Shown: one piece after another, positions 12,101 through 22,471 of the stretch | Numbering within the stretch: position 1 is the stretch's first letter | Layout of the letters: each line of letters opens with the position of its first letter | Source of the DNA: Rhynchopus sp. YZ270_cl-10 | Taxonomy: Eukaryota | Length of the DNA stretch: 64,000 bases | Direction: 5' to 3' | Assembly: GCA_964035575.1 (NCBI GenBank) | Contig: OZ037836.1 | Span: 1,240,001-1,304,000, forward strand | Notes under the pieces: model-generated | Told to the model about the DNA's origin: nothing | Database searches by the model: none | The model's input: only the letters and a program-made list of their open reading frames with translations | Made by a program: the position numbers and the translations under genes

Positions 12101-13814
12101 GCGGCACCACAGGCACTGTTGCCACCTCTGTGGACAGCATTGCGGGTGGTAGTGGTGGTGGTTGTGGTGTTGTGCTGTCGGCAGGTGAGGACGAGGATGA
12201 GGGTGCAGGTGTCACAGGGGTCACAGGGTTGACAAAGAGCTGTGGGACACGCTTTCCAACCACAGGGCGCACCCAGGTGGTGGGTGGGCTCGTCTGTTGT
12301 AGGGCGCTGTCGTCCATGGTGGCAGGGGAGTGGGTCTGGACGTCGCTTGCTGGCGCCTGCGGCTGTTGTGGTTGTGGCTGTGGCGGTTGCTGTGGCTGTA
12401 GTTGGTATGGTTGTGGTTGTGGCTGTGGCTGTGGCACTGCAGCAGGGACAGGGACAACCTTTGTGACAAATGGGACAGGCTTGGCGGAGGGCTTCTTCTT
12501 TACGTCGCACCGCACGTCGACTGCAGGTGGGAGTACCGGCTGCCGCACGCACGCCTCTGCCTTGGGCGATCGCGATGCACTGCGCGACCCAGCACTGGAG
12601 CTGGGGTTGCGGAAGGGGACAGGCTTGCGTCGTGCTGCAGCACTGGCGCTGGCTGCGGTAGTGGCACTGCCACCACCACTGCTGCAGGCACGCTCCTCCT
12701 TGTCCTGCTCCTTGTCCTCCCTCCTCGGCGGGGGAGCACTTCTATTGACAAAGGGAACAGGCTTCGCACCCTTCGGCCGTGCAGGGTCAGGGCTGGCGCC
12801 GCTCTGCACAAAAGGGACCGGCACCTTGCGGATCTCGGGGGAGGTTCGTGTACGTGGGGGCACACCCACACCTTCGGGGCTGGGGTACGCACCCATGCCC
12901 ATCCCTTCGGGGCTGGTGTGCACACCTGCGCCTGCACCTGCGCATTCGGGGCTGTACGCAGCTGCACCCATACTCCCCACACCTTCAGGGGTAACGTGTG
13001 CTCCCACACCGCCCACACTGCCTACTCGTTCAGAACTGTACGTAGTTGCACCCATGCCGACACCTTCAGGACTGTGGGTAACGTATGTGTTCATACCACC
13101 GACACCTTCAGGACTGTTGTACGCACCCATACCCACACCCATGCCCATACCCATACCCAGATACTCGAGGTGTGCATCTGGGAGCACCACAGCAGTGTTC
13201 ACATCAACAAGCGACATGTCTGCCTCAGGCACATGCTGCTGTGTGAGATACTGACCAGGAGCCGCAGCAAGCAGTGCGTTGCTGTTGGCAAGCTCGTCGG
13301 CAGCACAGGGCATCTCCTGCGAGAGCATCGCGAGGGGCGGCGTCTTGCCTGCCTCCATGTTCTCCTCTTCCTCCACGTCCTCCGCTGCCCATGTGGTGTG
13401 GGCCTTTTGTGGCGACACGCCTTCGTCGAAAATAGCACCGTCGTTGACGGGGACGGCGTACCCATGAGACTCTGCCGGCTCTTCGTAGAAAGGATAGGGC
13501 TGCTGCCTTGGGGGTGACAGGTGTGGCGAGAGAGAGAGAGACTGCTGCAGAGGTTGCTCTATGTGCTGTGGTGCAACACCTGCCAGGCTGTCCATGATGC
13601 CACCACTGCTGTGCACCTTCGTGGCGCCCATGCCCATGGTGCTCACACCTGCAGGCATGCCAGGTGCATTGCGCCCAAACAGAAGCGGCACTGCGGGTGC
13701 ACGCTGGTCTCGCACAGCCTTCACACGCTTTGCAGGCGGTGCTGCGGTGACTGCGCTCCCCGCACGCCGTCTCTTCAAGGTAAAGTCGGACGGCATGCCG
13801 TTCACACATGACAT
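9125..13814 (-). CDS. HELQ: HELQ/POLQ-type Ski2-like DNA helicase with no polymerase domain; 3 exons: 13814-10164, 9949-9642, 9242-9125
   Basis: Motifs LPTSGGKSLVAE, VADELHM, GMSAT, CTSTLAAGVNLPARRVII, QMCGRAGRAGFD; GT-AG introns (AGG|GTATGG...TTACAG|GGC and AA|GTATGC...CACAG|ATT) keep frame and give an HhH region plus the C-terminus VAQNVVASAKVLLAQKVEEKKREL...KKA*. Confidence 0.85.
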
Positions 13815-14189
13815 CTCAACACAACATGAGAATCACAACGTGATGTTATTGCTGCAGGCTCCGACTCACTCACGATGCCAATCCCAATGAAAGAACAAAG
13901 TACGCTCCAGCCAACAGCAGAAGATATGAAAAAGAGAAAAAAAGTCCCGCGGGTTCACCACGACTGTTAGATGGGGGAGGGGAGGGTTGTTCGTTGAGGC
14001 ACACCCAAAATTACGACCACCTTTGCAGCACCCACCCCCCATAAAACCCCAGCACAGAAAGCCCCGCAAACTTCGCCAACTGTATGTTCAGGTCTCCAAT
14101 ACCCCCCACCCCACCACATCACCCCATTTCCCCCCACAGCGCCATTCACGGTGTCAGGGGGAAACCCCGCGAACCCCACGGTGCATTTG

Positions 14190-14940
14190 ATCAGATAGTT
14201 GAACAAAGCACAGAATCTCCGTTTTTTACGGTACAGTGCACAAGAACCCAGGCATCTCTCTTTGCGTTGTAGGTCGGGAAACGTGAGCTGCATTGAGACC
14301 TCCATGAGACAGTACCATCCTGCTCGAAAACCGAGCCCTCTCTCCTCCTCTCGCAATATCGCGAGACCCACTCCCTTCCCCCAACGTCCTTTATGACGCC
14401 TTTATCAAGGATGAACACACCACAAACATGCAATTATTTCCCAACGGCGATCAACCACACTCATCCATAAGCCCTCCACCCCAACCCCTCAACCCACATC
14501 ATGTGGTGTACCACTTTTTTTGCGTGATGATTCGCTCTCCCCCAAGGGAGAGCCCGCAACTGCTTCCGACACAAACCCTGAACCCTCGCTTCCCTCAGTG
14601 CCTGTTCTCAGTTAACTCTCGCGGTCAGAGGAACAGGTGCGTGTTTTCCTTCCCATCCCCCATCCTCTGCTTGACGCAACAACCTTACTCAATTGGAGAG
14701 AGTTCTCCAGGATTCCCACAATGCTGCATACTTCTCGACATTGATAGCAAGAATCTAAGGAAGACAGACGGCACCACCCTTCCCCTCGAACATCAGAGCT
14801 CTTCCATTGAAAGACAATGTGAGCTCACTCTCTGCTCGCACCCCTGCATGAATCTGGCATCTGAAAGGGTTCAGACACCTATGCGGGTTTACCGAATGCA
14901 CCTCTACTTCAACAGAGACAGCGGTGTGAGGACATAAAAC
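14190..14940 (-). pseudogene. Possible highly degenerate UBL(-LRR) pseudogene
   Basis: Stop-interrupted peptide VEVEV...SELTLSFNGRAL...EKYAALWE resembles the UBL-linker of the family; it lies downstream of the same upstream segment (15131-15345 = 2004-2218) that precedes gene 752..1972; boundaries approximate. Confidence 0.3.
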
Positions 14941-15371
14941 ACAACCACTAAACTCTTCCCTCCCATCCCCTCCCATTGACGTACCAACCCACAGATGTAT
15001 CTTCGGATTGTAAGATGAAAAGAAGTCCCTCTGTGCTGAATCACCGGGGGGAAAAGGAGCTCTCGCAGATGCTCGGCGTACGTTTGGCCACAAAGAGGAC
15101 CACCGCACTTCCTAGAGTCTGCTCCTCTCGTGCTGAGGTGTGCTGCTGTTTTGTGTCAGAGTGAGCTGAGTAATGTTTGTCATCAGAGTCGATCAAGCTA
15201 ACAGGAAACGTTGAAAAGGTTTGTCATCACGTCTCGGGGAAATGGAAGTTGGAAACAGCACAGACAGGTCTCTTGCCAAGGTTGACAGGCAGATGTGAGG
15301 GAGTTACCCAAATGACCGCCAGAGGACCTTGTCCTCAATCAAATGATATGGTGCTATCCGGGGGGCGGCGT

Positions 15372-15730
15372 TTCACAAAGTTTCACAAAATTTCAATCAA
15401 AATCACAACTTTTCACAACTTTTCACAACTATTCACAACTTTTCACAACTTTCACAACTTTTCACAATTTTCAATCAAAATCACAACTTTTCACAACTAT
15501 TCACAACTTTTCACAAAATTCCACAAAATTTCAATCAAAATCACAACTTTTCACAACGTTTCACACGTAAAGGCTCAAGAGGGTTGTGAAAACTTGTGAA
15601 AACTTGTGAAGAGTTGTGAAGAGTTGTGAAGAGTTGTGAAGAGTTGTGAAGAGTTGTGAAGAGTTGTGAAGAGTTGTGAAGAGTTGTGAAGAGTTGTGAA
15701 GAGTTGTGAAGAGTTGTGAAGAGTTGTGAA
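15372..15730. repeat. Inverted pair of 10-bp arrays (TTTTCACAAC)n / (GAGTTGTGAA)n, left subterminal region
   Basis: Read directly; orientation switches near 15565-15583. Confidence 0.95.
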
Positions 15731-18104
15731 GACATGAGGGTTTTTTTAGCTTGCATCTCGGTCTTATGAGCTGTAACGATGGTGCAGAGTGTGTAGCCCG
15801 TCCATCAGCAGCAGGGGAGACAGCAAACGTCTACTAGGACGCCAGGGCAAACGACCCTTCGTCGTCAATGCTTGAACATCAGCTCTGTGCAGGTGCTGTG
15901 CATCTCCTACTTCCAGCGAGTCCGCCGGCTCCATCGCCTCCAGCAGCTTCAGTCTCTGCATCTTCTTCTGGTACATCCAAAAGAACAGTAGGCAGATTCG
16001 CGGACACGAAACCTGTAAGAGGTGGTGGTTGTTTAAAAGATTATCCAAATAATGTAATCAATTGGTGTGCAATTCCCCGTGGTTCTACCGTGTTTCTACC
16101 AGTTGTTGTCACTCCGTAAAGGGGGGGGTAGAGATGCTGGAATTTTAATTCTGCTACTTGAGTTAAATAAATTTGTACACAGTGACCCTACCCGTAAACC
16201 CGAAAAACTTCCCAAAAAACTCGCCTACTCGCCCAAAACCAGGGATATTGCTAACTTTCGGGATTTTGGGATTTCGTGGGGCGATGGTCGAAAAAAGGGG
16301 GGGGAGTGCGGACTTTTTTTTCCAGTCGATCCCGGGCGCGCTTCGCGCGCCCGGTCCCCACCTTAGCTCAAGTTGGGGGCCTCCGGCGGAATGTATGAAT
16401 TCCGTGGTTGTCCAACTGCGGAGTTCGGCACTTCAATGATATTTACACCAGGCAGACGGGGCACACGAATTATCAGTAACCTCAGTACATTTACAAAAGA
16501 AACGGCGGTCGTGGTACCCAAAGGTTCCTGGCGAAGCCACGGTACGCAACATTCCTAAAATTTGGCTTAAATTTGCACATTTTTACTGCCAAACTCTGTC
16601 ATGGGAAGGGTGGGTTGCAAGCTTGCGCCGCAGGCGCACGGTACGCTACTTTTTGTCTTTCGCCATGCTGCATGCTTCCTTTTCCTTCGGCGCTTGACCA
16701 ATTGCATAGTACCATAGTACACTAGTTACCGTGGGGCGATGGTGCGATGGTTTATGGAAAGGGGGGGAACCCCAAATTCAGTGGGGCGATGGTCGATGGT
16801 TAGCAATATCCCTGGCCCAAAACTCGCCCATTTTTGGGGGGCGAGTTTTGGCGAGTTTTTTTTTTTTGGTAGGGATTTTACCTTGGGAAAAGTGTACAAA
16901 CAAAACTATGAGGGAAATTTGAGTTTTGAAGAGAGAATTTTTTTCGTTCCGCTTGAACAAGACCTCTACAGTTTGCTTTGTAGGCTTCCACAACCCGTAA
17001 ACCCGTCCAGCTGTAGGTTCTGCAGATCCATGAAGCTTGCACAGATGGGTGCGATGTAGTCGTGGGGGAATACCGCCAAGGGGTGGCCTGCAGTGTTGCC
17101 ATTTACCGGCATGGCGAGGGCATTGTTGTATAGCGAGTGTAGCCTCGGTTCATCCATGTCTTCGTCATCCTCCGGATTGTAGCACGTCTTGTCCCCCGGT
17201 ATCTGTATGGCACAGCCACTGTTACATTCCTAGAGATGAAAGAACAAGACAACACTTCTGTACCCACGCATCAAAATTGTGGAAAACTTTGCACCCCAAA
17301 ACACCTCAACAACGCCCGCCAAAAGGCGCCCCTTGTTGCTGGGAGTTGGTTTTCATGTTTGATACCTGCATAGCGGGCATTCCTCTGAGTCCAATGCTGT
17401 TGGCCTGTCTGCGGCGTTGCACCGAAGGTGCAGGAAGACAGGGTCTGTGGTAATTTTTGCGGTGTCGCATTCCCTCATGCGTGGGTCACTCACACTTGAG
17501 GTCATGTGACACTGCGTGGGTCTGGGTACCTGGGTACGTGGGTACATGTGACCACGTGTGACTTGTCACACCTGTGCGCAAAAAATCGCAAAAACCCGAA
17601 ACGCGAATCGCAAAAAATCGCATTGCGAATTTTTCGCATTTTTTTTCCGATTTTTCCTGGTTTGCGAATTTCGTAGCAGAATACAACCCGGATCACCCCA
17701 CTTTCAGGTGATTTCTGCACTTTTGGGGTCAATGCGTGCACAAACTGGCTTCCGGAACCCTAAAACCAAAAATCCCCAAAAAATGCCCACAAAGTAAAAA
17801 TGAAGCCCACCCCATTTTGCGTACTTGTTGCGCAGTTGTTGCGTACTTGGTATTCTTTATTTCTGGGGTACCAATATTAATAAGGCACGGTATAGATTTG
17901 ATGAGGTTGGCGCTTTGATAGCCATTTGAGTTGTTTTGGGGAAGTACATACCATAAATCACACATTGTCGCGGAAGGGCTCAGCCGTGTTCAGTCAAAAT
18001 CGGCGCGTCCTGTGGTTACAATAAGCTCTGTCGTGTTCCCACCGTGACCACTACCCATGCCAACCCCCCTTCAGAAAGCCCCTATAAAAATCAAAAAACG
18101 GGCT

Positions 18105-18500
18105 CACAAAATTTCAATCAAAATCACAACTTTTCACAACTATTCACAACTTTTCACAACTTTTCACAAAGTTTCGCAAAATTTCAATCAAAATCACAAC
18201 TTTTCACAACTATTCACAACTTTTCACAACTATTCACAACTTTCACAACTTTTCACAATTTTCAAACAAAATCACAACTTTTCACAACTTTTCACAAAAT
18301 TTCAAACAAAATCACAACTTTTCACAACGTTTCACAACTTTTCACAACATACAGTTGTGAAAAGTTGTGAAAAGTTGTGAAAAGTTGTGAAACGTTGTGA
18401 AAAGTTGTGCAAAGTTGTGAAATGTTGCGAAACGTTGTGACACGTTGTGCATAGGATTGAAATTGTGTGATATTTTGTGAAAATTTGTGAAACTTTGTGA
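18105..18500. repeat. Inverted pair of 10-bp arrays (TTTTCACAAC)n / (AAGTTGTGAA)n, right subterminal region
   Basis: Read directly; orientation switches near 18350. Confidence 0.95.
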
Positions 18501-18748
18501 AACGCCGCCCCCCGGATAGCACCATGATACCTTCTTCTTTCAGGTTGGGGAGGGAGGTGATAAAAACGCTGCATAAACTCTCGAGGGAGGTGGGAATGTC
18601 TTGTTTTGTCTGTTTTGTGTTGCGACTGAAAAACAGGGAAAAGAAAGAAAACTTGAAAGATGTACCGCAACACGTCTTCACCACCATCGCATGAGGGAAC
18701 AAGAAAAAGGCGGACAAAACCCGCAAACCCAATTCAATCCACGTCCAT

Positions 18749-19832
18749 TCAACCCTTTTTAACCCTCTTGCCAGGACGCACAACAGCGGTGTCCCTCTTC
18801 ACTCGTGGCGTCTGTTCCTCCTCACCTTCATCCTCGCTGCACGCAGGCGAACCCTTGCTCTCTGCGAACCCTGCTTCCCTTTCCTCAGAGGGCTCTGTGT
18901 CTGCATGAAGACGCTTCCACCTCACCCTTCTTTCTGCACGGTTGCGGGGTCGGGCACGTTGTCAGTCTCGCATCTCAGACCGTGAATCGCGTTTGTCGGT
19001 AAACCCACTCCTTTCGCAAGCAACCTCCTCACAACCAGAGCGTCCTTGCTCAACCCTGAGGCATCGATTGTTGTTAACTCGAAGCAGTATAAGAAGAAGT
19101 CCTTCCCAATACTCCTGACCCCGCTCAACGCAGACAGGCCATCGACGACTTGCAAGCACGAGCCATCCCCAAAGAAGCCCTCCCCAACGGTAACGACACT
19201 CCTCAACCCCGAAAGACAAACTCTCTTCAACGACGAGCAGCCGTAAAGAAAGTGGTCACCTATTTCGGTGACATTGCTCAACCCCGAGAGGTCCACGGAC
19301 GTCAAATGCTTGCAGTAGCTAAGAAAATACCCCTCAATCACAGTCACGCGGCGAAACACAGAGAGGTCAACCGTTCGCAATGCAGAGTCGGCAAAAAATC
19401 CTTGGCCTATTTTAGTGACACTGCCGAACCCCGACAGGTTGATGCTCTCCAATCGCCCGACGCTGTTGATGAAGTGATCTCCAATCACAGTCACATTGCA
19501 CAACCCTGAAAGGTCAAGCTCTGTCAACTCCGTGCACCAGTTCAGGAAGCCATTCCCTATTTCGGTGACAACCGACACAGCACTAAGGTCAAGTCGCGTT
19601 AACTCACTGACTTGCAAGAACTCATCAGGAATCTCAGTCGCAACCTCCGCCTCCAAAAGCAAACGCGCAACGTCCGGATTCTTCACAGTCGCCAACCTCT
19701 CTTTTGTCAGGTCTGTCTCGCCCAATGCGTGAAGTGCTGCAATGGCAGCAAACTTCGTTGTCCTCACGAGCATAATCGTGTCCCCAGCACTCAGCTCCTT
19801 GATGCCCTCCTCTTCACGCAGCACCTCCCCTC
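18749..19832 (-). pseudogene. UBL-LRR subfamily A copy, 5'-truncated and frameshifted near its 3' end
   Basis: Matches 2443..3663 up to 19832, where RT sequence takes over; a 1-nt deletion near 18920 gives an early stop (ORF 18922..19824). Confidence 0.85.
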
Positions 19833-22471
19833 GTCAACCTTGTCTTTGCCCATAGCCGATATACCGCCGACATCACGGAAATTGGTCGGTGGTCGAGTGG
19901 TTGTGGGTCCTCCACCTTGGCGATCATGCTCACGGTCGCGTGGAGGAGAGCTTCTGGCCATATGCCCGTCTCTTCTACTTGGTTGAGGATTGATGCCAGC
20001 CTGTCGAAGATCCCCGTTGGGAGAAGCGCAAGTTCTTCTGGGTGCCAGCCGTCTGTGCTGGGGGCCTTCCCCTTCGGCATGCTCTCGGCCACGGCTTTCA
20101 GCATCCTTCCGGTGAGGGGTTCTACGTGCATCGGCCGTTGAGGTATGTGTGTGCCAAACCTTTCCTCGAACGCTTCCCACGTGGGTGTGTCACTCAGGGT
20201 GTTGTGCTTTTGGAGTATGGGAAGCCATGCCTCACGCAACCACGTGTCCATGTCCTCCACATTCGCGGTCTCTTCCGTCCCGCGCTTCATCGTGTTGCAC
20301 CGCACTTTGGCTCCGTTGAGGCGCTTGTAGATAAGCCCTGGTGTGGTGTGCCATTGCGTGCGTATCATACGATATCTTTGCGTGGCCCTGTCCCTCTCCA
20401 GGTTCTTTCTGGCAGTTTCGAGTCTCTGGTGCAGGCGCTGTATCAGCTCCAGTGTCGTGCTGGCCTGCGGCTCCTCCTCTGGGGTAGCGTCGAGAATGCT
20501 CACCAGCCCTGCCTTCGCTTTGTCCCACGCCTTGCGTGCGCTGGGTGTGAGGGCTCCTTTGGTGCGTAGAGTGTTGCCGACCTCTGTTAGTCTGCGGATC
20601 GTCTTCCGGATGCGCGTCATCTTGAGGGTCTCTCCTGCGTCGCCTTCGCGAGACTGTCTGCTGCACAGCCAGGTGCGTCGAAGTTTGGGTGGTCGGCCTT
20701 TGCGGAAACATGCTGCTGAGTTGTCGTCTCCCTGCCGTGCCCAGAAGTTGGTCGCATCCTCATTCCATGCTTTCCACTTGTCCTCTACCAATGTGCTTGT
20801 GTGCCATTGTGCTTTGGAACCATCGCAGATCTCTTCAGCCTCCTTTTCCAGGTCTGCCTTCGTTTTCTTCCTGCTCAGTTCATCCTGTTGTAGCATAGGG
20901 GCCCTTTCCTGCTTGAGCACACGCTGCCTGAACGTCATATTCTCAAATGTCGCGTCCAGGGGGATGTGTGAAGGTATTCCGGCCGTCCCCGTTTTGCACC
21001 CTGCCAGCGCAAGCACCGCAATCTGGTTGGCCAGGATGATGTCAATTCGTGAGCACACACTTTTGGCTTCAGACTTTGTGCTCTTACCGATGTGGGTGTG
21101 CTCTGGCTCTTGGTTGGCCCAGCCCGCGGCTCGTTCGGCACAGTCCGTCCATCGTTCTGAGCTGATGGCTAGGGATATTGCTTCGCTTGAGCTGGGTTCT
21201 GGGTGGCTGTTGCAATCCCCGAGGATAATCGCTGGTACGTCCCCTATCTCTGCTTCTGCAAATACATCCGATAGGAAGCTCTCGCGCTCTTGCTTTGCTT
21301 GCGGGGAGTTGCCGACTTTCGCGTATATCACGAATAGGTGTAGAAAATGGTTCCCTGCCCCATGTGCCACCTTTGCGTGCAGGTAACGCTTTGAGTCCCA
21401 GAGTCTCTTTGCTCGTTCAGTATCTCTCCTGACCACACTTGCTGGTATGCCTCGTTTCACCATTAGGCCCACCCCCTTGTGTTCTCCGTAGCTCTGTTGT
21501 ATTGCGTTTGGAAGTAACTTTACTGGGCACCCCCAGAGACCTGTCCAGCCTTGTTCATACAGCGTTCGGGAAGCTTGGGCCTGTTTCTTCTGTGTGAGCC
21601 GGGTCTCCTGCAGTGCGACTATGTCGTTGTCCCAACTCCACACCTCCTCCTGGTGAGCATTCATTGAGGTGATGTTGGCAGTACGTATGGACAGGTTTGG
21701 AGTGGCCCGGGCAGCGCGGCGTCGCTTTCTCTCCGTCTTGGTACGTTTCCGTGAGCGAGACACTGCGATATTCGTGTCCAGGTTCTCCAGCGTGACACAG
21801 CGGTTGCCCTCTGCCTGCGTCGTTGCAATCAGCGACAACAGCCCCTCGGTTGCTTTGAGGCGGTCGAAGTGCTCGGGCCTGTACGTGAGCACAACTGGGT
21901 TCGATGTAGGTGGTCCGCCGACGTGGCTAAACCGTTTCGCTCTGGCATCCAGTACCCAGATGGCCCTGTCGAGTATGCTTGCCGCAGTCTGTAGCTCACG
22001 TTCTCCACCGTACGTTCCTTGCATTCTCATTTTGGCTAGGTGTTGCGTGTAGGTGGAAGGTTCGTTTGCCTCAGGAGAGTAGCTGTCAGCATAGAGGTCA
22101 CTGTCGTCGTTTTGCAGTACGTCCACCACCCGTTGTCGCAGTGAGTTCGTTGTCCACCCCTCGCTCTGCTCAGCTATGGCAGAGAATAGGCAGTCCCCGT
22201 CTGGCGCTACTGCTATCCTTGTAGAGTTGATACTGCGGGCTGTTGCGTCCAACCACTCCTTGTGGTCGGTGATGGCCCTCAGTGGGTTCACGGGATTGTC
22301 GTTGTTTTTGGGGTAGGCGCTCCTACCTATCCCCGGTTCTATGTGCGATTCTAAGTACGTATCTAATCTAGTGGGGGGGGTGAGGTGGGGGAGTGGAGGG
22401 GTTGGGTCTAGAATCAAACGAACAGGAGATCGTTGATCTCGTCCGCAATCGCCTTCGACTCCTTCTTCCAC
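19833..22471 (-). CDS. Retrotransposon ORF2: OTU-like cysteine protease + APE endonuclease + start of reverse transcriptase (truncated)
   Basis: OTU: VAPDGDCLFSAI...YGGERELQTAA...EHFDRL; APE: TANITS, VALQETRL, ILGDCN, SRIDIIL, SHIPL; RT: KAPSTDGW, DHRPISVMSAVYRLW; no ATG before the OTU core. Confidence 0.9.

Larger units (their letters stand above)
15349..18524. mobile_element. 3.2-kb foldback-like non-autonomous TIR element, TGGTG...CACCA ends, 5-bp TSD TGATA
   Basis: TGATA|TGGTGCTATCCGGGGGGCGGCGTTTCACAAAGTTTCACAAA ... reverse complement|TGATA; empty paralogous site AATCAAATTATACCTTC at 2211-2227; no transposase seen (a 3-bp GAT reading of the TSD is formally equivalent). Confidence 0.9.

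Noticed and set aside
10602..13517. Long plus-strand ORFs (295, 436 and 371 aa) opposite the helicase
   Set aside because: Antisense shadows of a GC-rich CDS with no recognisable motifs
9125..13814. DNA polymerase theta (POLQ)
   Set aside because: The gene ends shortly after the helicase HhH region with a HELQ-like C-terminal helix; no family A polymerase domain follows
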